Positions 10,569 to 22,554 are shown, numbered from the stretch's first letter. The stretch is 64,000 nucleotides of DNA from Escherichia coli (GCF_003334355.1 NZ_QOWP01000003.1); one strand, 5' to 3'. Numbers and translations: made by a program. Notes: a model not told the origin generated them from the sequence alone.

Positions 10569-10904
10569 ATGTCATTACCACACTGCCCAAAATGCAACTC
10601 CGAATACACCTACGAAGATAACGGCATGTACATCTGCCCGGAATGTGCCTACGAATGGAACGACGCAGAACCTGCACAGGAAAGCGACGAGCTGATCGTT
10701 AAAGATGCTAACGGCAATCTGCTGGCTGACGGCGACAGCGTTACCATCATTAAAGATCTGAAGGTGAAAGGTAGCTCTTCGATGCTGAAAATTGGCACCA
10801 AAGTGAAAAACATCCGCCTGGTTGAAGGCGACCATAACATCGATTGCAAAATCGACGGTTTTGGTCCGATGAAACTGAAATCTGAGTTTGTGAAAAAGAA
10901 CTGA
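10569..10904 (+). CDS. phnA: PhnA-family zinc-ribbon protein (YjdM)
   Basis: 111 aa [32 protein letters not shown]; CxxC...CxxC zinc ribbon; ORF-track start 10422 is an upstream extension. Confidence 0.9.
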
Positions 10905-10917
10905 TTGTATTGTGATC

Positions 10918-11100
<183 letters not shown>

Positions 11101-11163
11101 CCCTCTCATCTGTATAAATTTCGAACTACACTTAACTGGCTTCTCTTAACTGAGGTCACCATC

Positions 11164-11607
11164 ATGCCGTTAAGTCCCTACCTCTCTTTTGCCGGTAACT
11201 GTGCCGACGCAATTGCTTATTATCAACGTACGTTGGGCGCTGAACTGCTCTATAAAATCAGCTTCGGCGAAATGCCGAAATCAGCGCAGGACAGCGCCGA
11301 GAACTGCCCTTCCGGAATGCAATTTCCCGATACCGCCATCGCCCACGCCAATGTGCGCATTGCCGGAAGCGATATCATGATGAGCGATGCTATACCGTCA
11401 GGAAAAGCCAGCTACTCCGGCTTTACGCTGGTGCTCGATTCGCAACAGGTCGAAGAAGGAAAACGCTGGTTTGATAACCTTGCCGCTAACGGAAAAATCG
11501 AAATGGCCTGGCAGGAAACTTTCTGGGCGCATGGCTTCGGCAAAGTCACCGATAAATTTGGCGTACCGTGGATGATTAATGTCGTCAAACAACAACCAAC
11601 GCAATAA
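11164..11607 (+). CDS. phnB: Glyoxalase/VOC-family protein PhnB (YjdN)
   Basis: 147 aa MPLSPYLSFAGNCADAIAYYQRTLGAELLYK; position between phnA and phnC. Confidence 0.88.
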   Translation: MPLSPYLSFAGNCADAIAYYQRTLGAELLYKISFGEMPKSAQDSAENCPSGMQFPDTAIAHANVRIAGSDIMMSDAIPSGKASYSGFTLVLDSQQVEEGKRWFDNLAANGKIEMAWQETFWAHGFGKVTDKFGVPWMINVVKQQPTQ

Positions 11608-11662
11608 TCCGCCGGGAGGCCCGCCCTCCCGCACTGTCATCGAATTCCCGTTAACTCTTCAT

Positions 11663-11699
11663 CTGTTAGTCACTTTTAATTAACCAAATCGTCACAATA
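11663..11699 (+). promoter_or_regulatory. Candidate Pho box (PhoB binding) of the phnC promoter
   Basis: ctgttagTCACttttaatTAACcaaatcgTCACaataat shows 7-nt units separated by 4-nt TCAC/TAAC, as in Pho boxes (CTGTCAT-N4-CTGTCAT); about 45-75 bp upstream of phnC ATG. Confidence 0.5.
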
Positions 11700-11739
11700 A
11701 TCCGCCACGATGGAGCCACTTTTTTAGGGAGGCTGCATC

Positions 11740-12528
11740 ATGCAAACGATTATCCGTGTCGAGAAGCTCGCCAAAACCTTCAATCAGCATCAGGCGCTGC
11801 ATGCGGTTGATCTGAACATTCATCACGGTGAAATGGTGGCTCTGCTTGGGCCGTCCGGTTCCGGCAAATCCACCCTTTTACGTCACTTAAGCGGTTTGAT
11901 TACCGGCGATAAATCCGCCGGCAGCCATATCGAGCTGCTGGGCCGCACAGTCCAGCGCGAAGGCCGTCTGGCGCGCGATATCCGCAAAAGCCGCGCCAAC
12001 ACCGGCTACATCTTCCAACAATTCAACCTGGTGAACCGCCTGAGCGTACTGGAGAACGTGCTGATTGGCGCGCTCGGCAGCACGCCGTTCTGGCGCACCT
12101 GTTTTAGCTGGTTTACCCGCGAGCAGAAACAACGCGCGTTACAGGCGCTGACCCGCGTTGGCATGGTGCATTTTGCCCATCAACGCGTTTCCACCCTCTC
12201 CGGCGGACAGCAGCAGCGTGTGGCGATTGCCCGCGCGCTGATGCAGCAGGCGAAGGTGATTCTGGCCGATGAACCCATCGCCTCGCTGGACCCGGAATCC
12301 GCCCGCATCGTGATGGACACCCTGCGCGACATCAATCAGAACGACGGCATCACCGTGGTCGTCACGCTGCATCAGGTGGATTACGCCCTGCGCTACTGCG
12401 AACGCATCGTCGCCCTGCGCCAGGGGCACGTTTTCTACGACGGCAGCAGCCAACAGTTTGATAACGAACGTTTTGACCATCTCTACCGCAGCATTAATCG
12501 CATCGAAGAGAACGCGAAAGCTGCCTGA
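11740..12528 (+). CDS. phnC: Phosphonate ABC transporter ATP-binding protein
   Basis: 262 aa; Walker [13 protein letters not shown] signature LSGGQQQR. Confidence 0.95.
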   Translation: MQTIIRVEKLAKTFNQHQALHAVDLNIHHGEMVALLGPSGSGKSTLLRHLSGLITGDKSAGSHIELLGRTVQREGRLARDIRKSRANTGYIFQQFNLVNRLSVLENVLIGALGSTPFWRTCFSWFTREQKQRALQALTRVGMVHFAHQRVSTLSGGQQQRVAIARALMQQAKVILADEPIASLDPESARIVMDTLRDINQNDGITVVVTLHQVDYALRYCERIVALRQGHVFYDGSSQQFDNERFDHLYRSINRIEENAKAA

Positions 12529-12552
12529 CATCCCCATCATTGAGGAAAACGA

Positions 12553-13569
12553 ATGAACGCTAAGATAATTGCCTCGCTGGCCTTCACCAGCATGTTCAGC
12601 CTCAGCACCCTGTTAAGCCCGGCACACGCCGAAGAGCAGGAAAAGGCGCTGAATTTCGGCATTATTTCAACGGAATCACAGCAAAACCTGAAACCGCAAT
12701 GGACGCCATTCTTACAGGATATGGAGAAGAAGCTGGGCGTGAAGGTGAACGCCTTCTTTGCCCCAGACTACGCAGGCATTATCCAGGGAATGCGCTTCAA
12801 TAAAGTGGATATCGCCTGGTACGGCAACCTGTCGGCAATGGAAGCGGTGGATCGCGCCAACGGCCAGGTCTTCGCCCAGACGGTCGCGGCGGATGGATCG
12901 CCAGGTTACTGGAGCGTGTTGATCGTCAACAAAGATAGTCCGATCAACAACCTGAACGATCTGCTGGCGAAGCGGAAAGATCTCACCTTCGGCAATGGCG
13001 ATCCTAACTCCACCTCTGGCTTCCTCGTCCCCGGTTACTACGTCTTCGCCAAAAACAATATCTCCGCCAGCGACTTCAAGCGCACCGTCAACGCCGGGCA
13101 TGAAACCAACGCGCTGGCCGTCGCCAACAAGCAGGTGGATGTGGCGACCAACAACACCGAAAACCTCGACAAGCTGAAAACCTCCGCGCCGGAGAAGCTG
13201 AAAGAACTGAAAGTGATCTGGAAATCGCCGCTGATCCCAGGCGATCCGATCGTCTGGCGTAAAAATCTTTCCGAAACCACCAAAGACAAGATCTACGACT
13301 TCTTTATGAATTACGGCAAAACGCCGGAAGAGAAAGCGGTGCTGGAACGCCTGGGCTGGGCGCCGTTCCGCGCCTCCAGCGACCTGCAACTGGTGCCGAT
13401 TCGCCAGCTCGCACTGTTTAAAGAGATGCAGGGCGTGAAAAGCAATAAAGGACTGAATGAGCAGGACAAGCTGGCAAAAACCACCGCGATTCAGGCGCAA
13501 CTGGATGACCTGGACCGCCTGAACAACGCGCTAAGCGCGATGAGTTCGGTGAGTAAAGCGGTGCAGTAA
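12553..13569 (+). CDS. phnD: Phosphonate ABC transporter periplasmic binding protein
   Basis: 338 aa with signal peptide MNAKIIASLAFTSMFSLSTLLSPAHA. Confidence 0.95.
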   Translation: MNAKIIASLAFTSMFSLSTLLSPAHAEEQEKALNFGIISTESQQNLKPQWTPFLQDMEKKLGVKVNAFFAPDYAGIIQGMRFNKVDIAWYGNLSAMEAVDRANGQVFAQTVAADGSPGYWSVLIVNKDSPINNLNDLLAKRKDLTFGNGDPNSTSGFLVPGYYVFAKNNISASDFKRTVNAGHETNALAVANKQVDVATNNTENLDKLKTSAPEKLKELKVIWKSPLIPGDPIVWRKNLSETTKDKIYDFFMNYGKTPEEKAVLERLGWAPFRASSDLQLVPIRQLALFKEMQGVKSNKGLNEQDKLAKTTAIQAQLDDLDRLNNALSAMSSVSKAVQ

Positions 13570-13570
13570 A

Positions 13571-13660
13571 TCGTAGGTCGGATAAGACGCCCCGGCGTCG
13601 CATCCGACAATGTGCAGGCGTTGATGCCGGATGCGGTGCAAGCACCTTATCCGGCCTACA
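13571..13660. repeat. REP palindromic units between phnD and phnE
   Basis: ggtcggataagacgc...gcgtcgcatccgac and gccggatgcgg...ccttatccggc motifs. Confidence 0.8.
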
Positions 13661-13674
13661 GACCGGAGCCAAAC

Positions 13675-14454
13675 ATGCAAACCATCACCATCGCCCCACC
13701 CAAGCGCAGCTGGTTCTCGCTTCTGAGCTGGGCCGTTGTTCTCGCCGTGCTGGTCGTCTCGTGGCAGGGCGCGGAAATGGCCCCGCTCACGCTGATTAAA
13801 GACGGCGGCAACATGGCAACCTTCGCTGCCGACTTCTTCCCGCCCGATTTCAGCCAGTGGCAGGATTACCTCACCGAAATGGCCGTCACGCTGCAAATCG
13901 CCGTCTGGGGCACCGCGCTGGCGGTGGTTCTCTCCATCCCCTTTGGCCTGATGAGCGCCGAAAACCTGGTGCCGTGGTGGGTTTACCAGCCCGTTCGCCG
14001 CCTGATGGACGCCTGCCGCGCCATTAACGAAATGGTCTTCGCCATGCTGTTCGTGGTCGCCGTCGGTCTCGGACCGTTCGCTGGCGTGCTGGCGCTATTT
14101 ATCCACACCACCGGCGTGCTCTCCAAGCTGCTTTCCGAAGCGGTAGAAGCAATTGAACCTGGCCCGGTGGAAGGCATTCGCGCCACCGGTGCCAACAAGC
14201 TCGAAGAGATCCTCTACGGCGTGCTGCCGCAGGTGATGCCGCTGCTGATCTCCTACTCCCTCTATCGCTTCGAATCCAACGTCCGCTCGGCGACCGTCGT
14301 CGGCATGGTCGGCGCGGGCGGGATCGGCGTCACCCTGTGGGAAGCGATTCGCGGTTTCCAGTTCCAACAAACCTGCGCCCTGATGGTGCTTATCATCGTC
14401 ACGGTCAGCCTGCTGGATTTCCTCTCTCAACGGTTGCGTAAGCACTTTATCTGA
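13675..14454 (+). CDS. phnE: Phosphonate ABC transporter permease (intact reading frame)
   Basis: 259 aa from [28 protein letters not shown]; uninterrupted, unlike the frameshifted K-12 allele as I recall it; ORF-track start 13612 lies in the REP region. Confidence 0.9.
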
Positions 14455-14474
14455 TAAGCGAGGCATTGATATCT

Positions 14475-15200
14475 ATGCACTTGTCTACACATCCGACCAG
14501 CTACCCAACACGCTATCAAGAGATAGCCGCAAAACTTGAGCAGGAGCTTCGTCAACACTACCGCTGCGGCGACTATCTTCCCGCCGAGCAGCAACTGGCA
14601 GCGCGCTTTGAGGTGAATCGCCACACCCTGCGCCGCGCCATCGACCAACTGGTGGAAAAAGGCTGGGTACAGCGCCGTCAGGGCGTCGGCGTGCTGGTGC
14701 TGATGCGCCCGTTCGATTACCCGCTCAACGCCCAGGCGCGTTTTAGCCAGAATCTGCTGGATCAGGGCAGCCATCCCACCAGCGAAAAACTGCTTTCGGT
14801 ATTGCGCCCCGCGTCCGGCCACGTCGCTGACGCACTGGGGATTACCGAGGGGGAGAACGTCATCCACCTGCGCACCCTGCGTCGGGTCAACGGCGTCGCG
14901 CTCTGTTTAATCGACCACTACTTCGCGGACCTCACCCTCTGGCCGACGCTGCAACGCTTCGACAGCGGCTCGCTGCACGATTTTCTGCGCGAGCAAACCG
15001 GAATTGCGCTGCGCCGCAGCCAGACGCGGATCAGCGCCCGCCGCGCCCAGGCCAAAGAGTGCCAGCGTCTTGAAATCCCGAATATGTCGCCGCTGCTGTG
15101 CGTGCGCACCCTTAACCACCGTGACGGTGAAAGCAGCCCGGCGGAGTACTCCGTCAGCCTGACGCGCGCCGACATGATTGAATTCACTATGGAGCACTGA
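14475..15200 (+). CDS. phnF: GntR-family transcriptional regulator of phn operon
   Basis: 241 aa MHLSTHPTSYPTRYQEIAAKLEQELR; HTH plus UTRA-like C-terminus. Confidence 0.92.
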   Translation: MHLSTHPTSYPTRYQEIAAKLEQELRQHYRCGDYLPAEQQLAARFEVNRHTLRRAIDQLVEKGWVQRRQGVGVLVLMRPFDYPLNAQARFSQNLLDQGSHPTSEKLLSVLRPASGHVADALGITEGENVIHLRTLRRVNGVALCLIDHYFADLTLWPTLQRFDSGSLHDFLREQTGIALRRSQTRISARRAQAKECQRLEIPNMSPLLCVRTLNHRDGESSPAEYSVSLTRADMIEFTMEH

Positions 15201-15653
15201 ATGCACGCAGATACCGCGACCCGCCAGCACTGGATGTCCGTGCTGGCGCACAGCCAACCGGCTGAACTGGCAGCACGCCTGAACGCGCTAAACATCACCG
15301 CCGACTATGAGGTGATCCGCGCCGCTGAAACTGGCCTGGTACAGATTCAGGCGCGGATGGGCGGCACCGGCGAACGTTTTTTTGCCGGCGACGCCACGCT
15401 GACCCGCGCCGCCGTGCGCCTGACTGACGGCACGCTCGGCTACAGCTGGGTGCTGGGGCGTGATAAACAGCACGCCGAACGCTGCGCGCTGATTGACGCG
15501 CTGATGCAGCAATCTCGCCACTTTCAAAACTTATCAGAAACCCTTATTGCCCCGCTGGACGCTGACCGTATGGCACGCATTGCCGCACGCCAGGCCGAAG
15601 TGAACGCCAGCCGGGTCGACTTCTTTACGATGGTTCGCGGAGACAACGCATGA
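15201..15653 (+). CDS. phnG: C-P lyase complex subunit PhnG
   Basis: 150 aa, operon position, recognised sequence. Confidence 0.92.
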
Positions 15654-16234
15654 CCCTGGAAACCGCTTTTATGCTTCCCGTGCAGGATGCCCAGCACAGT
15701 TTTCGTCGCCTGTTAAAGGCCATGAGCGAGCCGGGCGTGATTGTCGCCCTGCATCAGCTCAAACGCGGCTGGCAACCGCTGAATATCGCCACCACCAGCG
15801 TGCTGCTGACGCTGGCCGATAACGACACGCCGGTGTGGCTTTCTACCCCATTAAATAACGATATCGTCAACCAGAGCCTGCGTTTTCATACCAACGCGCC
15901 GCTGGTCAGCCAGCCGGAACAGGCGACCTTCGCGGTGACGGATGAGGCGATTTCCAGCGAACAGCTCAACGCCCTTTCCACCGGCACCGCCGTTGCGCCG
16001 GAAGCGGGCGCGACGCTGATTTTACAGGTCGCCAGCCTGAGCGGCGGGCGCATGTTGCGTCTCACCGGCGCGGGTATTGCCGAAGAACGAATGATCGCTC
16101 CGCAGCTGCCGGAGTGCATTCTGCACGAACTCACCGAGCGCCCGCACCCGTTCCCGCTCGGCATCGACCTGATCCTGACCTGCGGCGAACGCCTGCTGGC
16201 TATTCCGCGAACCACGCATGTGGAGGTGTGCTGA
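15650..16234 (+). CDS. phnH: C-P lyase complex subunit PhnH
   Basis: 194 aa, overlapping start/stop with neighbours. Confidence 0.92.
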
Positions 16235-17298
16235 TGTACGTTGCCGTAAAAGGGGGCGAAAAGGCGATCAACGCCGCCCACGCCCTGCAAGAGAGCCGAC
16301 GCCGGGGCGATACCGATTTGCCTGAACTGAGCGTCGCCCAGATTGAACAGCAGCTTAACCTCGCGGTAGATCGCGTGATGACCGAAGGCGGCATTGCCGA
16401 CCGCGAACTGGCGGCGCTGGCGCTGAAACAGGCCAGCGGCGATAACGTTGAAGCGATTTTCCTGCTGCGCGCCTACCGCACCACGTTGGCGAAGCTGGCG
16501 GTAAGCGAGCCGCTCGACACCACCGGGATGCGTCTCGAACGCCGTATCTCCGCCGTTTATAAAGACATTCCCGGCGGCCAGCTGCTTGGCCCAACCTACG
16601 ACTACACCCATCGCCTGCTCGATTTTACCCTGCTGGCAAACGGCGAAGCGCCGACGCTGACCACCGCCGACAGCGAACAACAGCCGTCGCCGCACGTTTT
16701 CAGCCTGCTGGCGCGTCAGGGGCTGGCGAAGTTTGAAGAGGATAGCGGCGCACAGCCGGATGACATCACCCGCACGCCGCCGGTTTACCCCTGCTCACGT
16801 TCTTCCCGTTTGCAGCAGTTGATGCGCGGCGACGAAGGCTATTTGCTGGCGCTGGCCTACTCCACCCAGCGTGGTTACGGACGCAATCACCCGTTCGCGG
16901 GCGAGATCCGCAGTGGTTACATCGACGTGTCGATTGTGCCGGAAGAGCTGGGATTTGCGGTAAACGTCGGCGAACTACTGATGACCGAGTGTGAAATGGT
17001 CAACGGTTTTATCGACCCGCCGGATGAGCCGCCGCACTTCACGCGCGGCTACGGGCTGGTATTCGGCATGAGCGAGCGCAAAGCGATGGCAATGGCGCTG
17101 GTCGATCGTGCGTTGCAGGCTCCGGAATACGGCGAGCACGCGACAGGCCCGGCGCAGGATGAAGAGTTTGTGCTGGCACATGCCGACAACGTCGAAGCCG
17201 CAGGCTTTGTCTCGCACCTCAAACTCCCCCACTACGTCGATTTCCAGGCCGAACTGGAGCTACTCAAACGTCTGCAACAGGAGAAGAACCATGGCTAA
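16234..17298 (+). CDS. phnI: C-P lyase complex subunit PhnI
   Basis: 354 aa from [20 protein letters not shown]; ORF-track start 16114 is an upstream extension. Confidence 0.92.
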   Translation: MYVAVKGGEKAINAAHALQESRRRGDTDLPELSVAQIEQQLNLAVDRVMTEGGIADRELAALALKQASGDNVEAIFLLRAYRTTLAKLAVSEPLDTTGMRLERRISAVYKDIPGGQLLGPTYDYTHRLLDFTLLANGEAPTLTTADSEQQPSPHVFSLLARQGLAKFEEDSGAQPDDITRTPPVYPCSRSSRLQQLMRGDEGYLLALAYSTQRGYGRNHPFAGEIRSGYIDVSIVPEELGFAVNVGELLMTECEMVNGFIDPPDEPPHFTRGYGLVFGMSERKAMAMALVDRALQAPEYGEHATGPAQDEEFVLAHADNVEAAGFVSHLKLPHYVDFQAELELLKRLQQEKNHG

Positions 17299-18136
17299 TC
17301 TGAGCGGCTACAACTTTGCCTACCTCGACGAGCAGACCAAACGCATGATCCGCCGCGCCATCTTAAAAGCGGTGGCGATCCCCGGTTATCAGGTGCCGTT
17401 TGGCGGGCGCGAGATGCCGATGCCATACGGCTGGGGAACCGGCGGCATACAGCTCACCGCCAGCGTGATTGGCGAAAGCGACGTGCTAAAGGTGATTGAC
17501 CAGGGTGCGGATGACACCACCAACGCTGTGTCGATTCGCAACTTCTTTAAGCGCGTGACCGGGGTAAACACCACTGAACGTACGGACGATGCGACGCTTA
17601 TCCAGACGCGTCACCGCATCCCCGAAACGCCGCTGACCGAAGATCAGATCATTATCTTCCAGGTGCCAATCCCGGAACCGCTGCGCTTTATCGAGCCGCG
17701 CGAAACGGAGACCCGCACTATGCACGCGCTGGAGGAGTACGGCGTGATGCAGGTGAAACTGTATGAAGATATCGCCCGCTTCGGTCATATCGCCACCACC
17801 TATGCTTATCCGGTGAAGGTGAACGGGCGCTACGTGATGGACCCGTCGCCGATCCCGAAATTCGATAACCCGAAAATGGACATGATGCCCGCCCTGCAGC
17901 TGTTCGGAGCAGGGCGCGAGAAGCGCATCTATGCGGTGCCGCCGTTTACCCGCGTGGAAAGTCTCGATTTCGACGATCACCCGTTCACCGTTCAGCAGTG
18001 GGATGAGCCATGCGCCATCTGCGGATCGACCCACAGCTATCTTGATGAAGTGGTGCTGGATGACGCCGGAAACCGCATGTTTGTCTGCTCCGATACCGAT
18101 TATTGCCGCCAACAGAGCGAGGCAAAAAACCAATGA
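17291..18136 (+). CDS. phnJ: C-P lyase catalytic subunit PhnJ (radical SAM-like, CxxCxxxxxC)
   Basis: 281 aa from MANLSGYNFAYLDEQTKRMIRRAILKAVAIPGYQVPF; C-terminal CAICGSTHSYLDEVVLDDAGNRMFVCSDTDYC. Confidence 0.93.
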   Translation: MANLSGYNFAYLDEQTKRMIRRAILKAVAIPGYQVPFGGREMPMPYGWGTGGIQLTASVIGESDVLKVIDQGADDTTNAVSIRNFFKRVTGVNTTERTDDATLIQTRHRIPETPLTEDQIIIFQVPIPEPLRFIEPRETETRTMHALEEYGVMQVKLYEDIARFGHIATTYAYPVKVNGRYVMDPSPIPKFDNPKMDMMPALQLFGAGREKRIYAVPPFTRVESLDFDDHPFTVQQWDEPCAICGSTHSYLDEVVLDDAGNRMFVCSDTDYCRQQSEAKNQ

Positions 18137-18891
18137 ATCAACCGTTACTTTCGGTCAATAACCTGACCCACCTTTACGCGCCGGGCAAAGGCTTTAGCGA
18201 TGTCTCTTTTGATTTATGGCCGGGGGAAGTGCTGGGCATTGTCGGGGAATCCGGCTCCGGGAAGACCACGCTGCTGAAGTCGATCTCCGCGCGCCTGACG
18301 CCGCAGCAGGGGGAAATTCACTACGAGAACCGTTCGCTGTATGCAATGAGCGAGGCCGACCGCCGTCGCCTGCTGCGTACCGAATGGGGCGTGGTGCATC
18401 AGCATCCACTCGACGGCCTGCGCCGCCAGGTGTCGGCAGGCGGCAATATCGGCGAGCGGCTGATGGCGACCGGGGCACGTCATTACGGCGATATTCGTGC
18501 CACCGCGCAGAAGTGGCTGGAAGAGGTGGAGATTCCCGCCAACCGGATCGACGACCTGCCGACCACCTTTTCCGGCGGTATGCAGCAGCGTTTGCAGATT
18601 GCCCGCAACCTGGTGACGCATCCGAAGCTGGTGTTTATGGATGAACCGACCGGCGGGCTGGATGTGTCGGTGCAGGCCCGCCTGCTCGACCTGCTGCGCG
18701 GCCTGGTGGTGGAGCTGAACCTCGCGGTGGTGATTGTCACCCATGATTTAGGCGTCGCCCGCCTGCTGGCGGACCGTTTGCTGGTGATGAAGCAGGGGCA
18801 AGTGGTGGAGAGTGGGTTAACCGACCGCGTGCTCGACGACCCGCATCATCCGTATACACAGCTGCTGGTGTCATCGGTTTTGCAGAATTGA
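18133..18891 (+). CDS. phnK: C-P lyase-associated ABC ATPase PhnK
   Basis: 252 aa from [15 protein letters not shown]; Walker [10 protein letters not shown]. Confidence 0.92.
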
Positions 18892-18985
<94 letters not shown>

Positions 18986-19001
18986 AACCACGAGGCGAAA
19001 A

Positions 19002-19682
19002 ATGATTAACGTACAAAACGTCAGTAAAACCTTCATCCTGCACCAGCAAAACGGCGTGCGCCTGCCCGTCCTCAATCGCGCCTCGCTCACCGTCAACGCG
19101 GGCGAATGCGTGGTGCTCCACGGCCATTCCGGCAGCGGCAAATCAACTCTGCTACGCTCGCTGTACGCCAACTATCTACCCGACGAAGGTCAAATCCAGA
19201 TCAAACACGGTGACGAGTGGGTAGACCTGGTCACCGCGCCAGCGCGCAAAGTGGTGGAAATCCGCAAAACCACCGTCGGCTGGGTGAGCCAGTTTCTGCG
19301 CGTCATCCCGCGTATCTCAGCACTGGAAGTGGTGATGCAGCCGCTGCTCGATACCGGCGTTCCGCGTGAAGCCTGCGCCGCTAAAGCCGCGCGTCTTCTC
19401 ACCCGCCTGAACGTGCCGGAACGCCTGTGGCACCTGGCACCATCGACATTTTCCGGTGGCGAACAGCAGCGCGTCAACATCGCCCGCGGCTTTATCGTCG
19501 ACTACCCCATTCTGCTGCTTGACGAACCTACCGCCTCGCTGGACGCCAAAAACAGCGCCGCGGTGGTGGAACTGATTCGCGAAGCCAAAACCCGTGGCGC
19601 AGCCATCGTAGGCATCTTCCATGACGAAGCTGTACGTAATGACGTCGCCGACCGCCTGCACCCAATGGGAGCCTCTTCATGA
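19002..19682 (+). CDS. phnL: C-P lyase-associated ABC ATPase PhnL
   Basis: 226 aa from [11 protein letters not shown]; Walker [10 protein letters not shown]. Confidence 0.92.
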
Positions 19683-20815
19683 TTATCAATAACGTTAAGC
19701 TGGTGCTGGAAAACGAGGTGGTAAGCGGTTCGCTGGAGGTGCAGAACGGCGAAATCCGCGCCTTTGCCGAAAGCCAGAGCCGCCTGCCGGAGGCGATGGA
19801 CGGCGAAGGCGGCTGGCTGCTGCCGGGGCTGATTGAGCTGCATACCGATAATCTGGATAAATTCTTCACCCCGCGCCCGAAAGTTGACTGGCCTGCCCAC
19901 TCGGCGATGAGCAGCCACGACGCGCTGATGGTGGCGAGCGGCATCACCACCGTACTGGATGCCGTGGCAATTGGCGACGTGCGCGACGGCGGCGATCGGC
20001 TGGAGAATCTGGAGAAGATGATCAACGCCATCGAAGAGACGCAGAAACGCGGCGTCAACCGCGCCGAGCACCGTCTGCATCTGCGCTGCGAACTGCCGCA
20101 TCACACCACGCTGCCGCTGTTTGAAAAACTGGTGCAGCGCGAGCCGGTGACGCTGGTGTCGCTGATGGACCACTCGCCGGGCCAGCGCCAGTTCGCCAAC
20201 CGCGAGAAGTATCGCGAATATTATCAGGGCAAATACTCCCTCACTGATGCGCAGATGCAGCAGTACGAAGAAGAGCAACTGGCGCTCGCCGCACGCTGGT
20301 CGCAGCCGAATCGCGAATCCATCGCCGCCCTGTGCCGCGCGCGAAAAATTGCGCTTGCCAGCCACGATGACGCCACCCACGCCCACGTTGCTGAATCTCA
20401 CCAGCTTGGCAGCGTGATCGCCGAATTTCCCACCACGTTCGAAGCGGCGGAAGCCTCGCGCAAGCATGGCATGAACGTGCTGATGGGCGCGCCGAATATT
20501 GTGCGCGGCGGCTCGCACTCCGGCAACGTGGCGGCCAGTGAACTGGCGCAGCTTGGCCTGCTGGATATCCTCTCTTCCGACTACTACCCCGCCAGCCTGC
20601 TCGATGCGGCATTTCGCGTCGCCGATGACGAGAGCAACCGCTTTACGCTGCCGCAGGCGGTGAAGCTGGTGACTAAAAATCCAGCGCAGGCGCTTAATCT
20701 CCAGGATCGCGGGGTGATTGGCGAGGGCAAACGCGCCGACCTGGTGCTGGCGCATCGCAAGGACAATCATATTCATATCGACCACGTCTGGCGTCAGGGT
20801 AAAAGGGTGTTCTGA
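19679..20815 (+). CDS. phnM: Amidohydrolase-family PhnM (ribosyl-triphosphate-phosphonate diphosphohydrolase)
   Basis: 378 aa [29 protein letters not shown]. Confidence 0.92.
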
Positions 20816-21372
20816 TGATGGGAAAACTGATTTGGTTAATGGGGCCGTCCGGCTCCGGGAAAGACAGCCTGCTGGCGGAACTCCGCCTGCGGGAACAAAC
20901 TCAGTTACTGGTGGCGCATCGCTACATCACGCGCGATGCCAGCGCCGGAAGTGAAAACCATATCGCCCTGAGCGAGCAGGAGTTTTTTACCCGCGCGGGG
21001 CAAAATCTGTTGGCCTTAAGCTGGCACGCTAACAGTCTGTATTATGGCGTCGGCGTCGAGATTGATCTCTGGCTGCACGCCGGATTCGACGTGCTGGTCA
21101 ACGGCTCACGCGCCCATCTGCCGCAGGCGCGGGCGCGCTATCAATCGGCGCTGCTGCCCGTCTGTTTACAGGTTTCGCCGGAGATCCTCCGCCAGCGCCT
21201 GGAAAACCGTGGCCGTGAAAACGCCAGTGAAATTAACGCCCGCCTGGCGCGCGCCGCCCGCTATACTCCACAGGATTGCCATACGCTCAACAATGACGGC
21301 AGCCTGCGCCAGTCGGTCGACACGCTGCTGACGCTGATCCATCAGAAGGAGAAACACCATGCCTGCTTGTGA
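20815..21372 (+). CDS. phnN: Ribose 1,5-bisphosphate phosphokinase PhnN
   Basis: 185 aa; P-loop GPSGSGKDS. Confidence 0.92.
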
Positions 21373-21793
21373 GCTTCGCCCGGCCACGCAGTACGACACC
21401 GACGCGGTTTACGCGCTGATTTGTGAGCTAAAACAGGCGGAGTTTGACCACCACGCGTTTCGCGTGGGTTTTAACGCCAATCTGCGCGACCCAAACATGC
21501 GCTACCATCTGGCGCTGCTTGATGGCGAAGTTGTCGGCATGATCGGCCTGCATTTGCAGTTTCATCTGCATCATGTCAACTGGATCGGCGAAATTCAGGA
21601 GTTGGTGGTAATGCCGCAGGCGCGCGGTCTGAACGTCGGCAGTAAGTTACTGGCGTGGGCAGAAGAAGAAGCCCGCCAGGCCGGGGCCGAAATGACCGAA
21701 CTTTCGACCAACGTGAAGCGCCACGACGCGCACCGTTTCTATCTGCGCGAAGGCTACGAGCAGAGCCACTTCCGCTTCACCAAGGCGCTGTAA
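21359..21793 (+). CDS. phnO: Aminoalkylphosphonate N-acetyltransferase PhnO (GNAT)
   Basis: 144 aa GNAT fold, operon position. Confidence 0.92.
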
Positions 21794-21794
21794 C

Positions 21795-22553
21795 ATGAGC
21801 CTGACCCTCACGCTCACCGGCACCGGCGGCGCACAGGGCGTTCCGGCATGGGGCTGCGAGTGTGCGGCCTGCGCCAGAGCGCGGCGCTCGCCGCAGTATC
21901 GCCGCCAACCGTGCAGCGGCGTAGTGAAGTTTAACGACGCAATCACCCTGATCGACGCCGGGCTGCACGATCTCGCCGATCGCTGGTCGCCCGGATCGTT
22001 CCAGCAGTTTTTGCTGACGCATTATCATATGGATCACGTCCAGGGGCTGTTTCCGCTGCGCTGGGGCGTTGGCGATCCGATCCCGGTTTACGGCCCGCCG
22101 GATGAACAGGGCTGCGACGATCTGTTTAAACATCCGGGCCTGCTTGATTTCAGCCACACGGTGGAACCGTTTGTGGTGTTTGATTTGCAGGGGTTACAGG
22201 TCACGCCCCTGCCGCTCAACCACTCAAAACTGACCTTCGGTTATCTGCTGGAAACGGCACACAGCCGGGTGGCGTGGCTGTCTGACACCGCAGGCTTGCC
22301 GGAAAAAACGCTGAAATTTTTACGCAATAATCAGCCGCAGGTAATGGTGATGGATTGCAGTCACCCGCCGCGCGCGGATGCACCGCGTAATCACTGTGAT
22401 TTAAATACCGTGCTTGCGCTGAATCAGGTTATCCGCTCGCCACGGGTGATTCTGACCCATATCAGCCACCAGTTTGATGCGTGGCTGATGGAAAACGCAC
22501 TACCGTCAGGGTTTGAGGTGGGGTTTGATGGGATGGAGATTGGGGTGGCGTGA
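21795..22553 (+). CDS. phnP: Phosphoribosyl cyclic phosphodiesterase PhnP (metallo-beta-lactamase fold)
   Basis: 252 aa; HYHMDH metal-binding motif. Confidence 0.92.
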
Positions 22554-22554
22554 T

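Noticed and set aside
19502-20785. 427-aa minus-strand ORF antisense to phnM, plus similar long antisense ORFs opposite phnD (12712-13500), phnH/I (15886-16695), yjcS (31263-32291), gltP (41365-42183) and acs (49725-50888)
   Set aside because: Each lies entirely inside a strongly supported gene on the other strand, has Arg/His/Gly-rich low-complexity composition and no recognisable motifs; typical shadow ORFs of GC-rich coding DNA.
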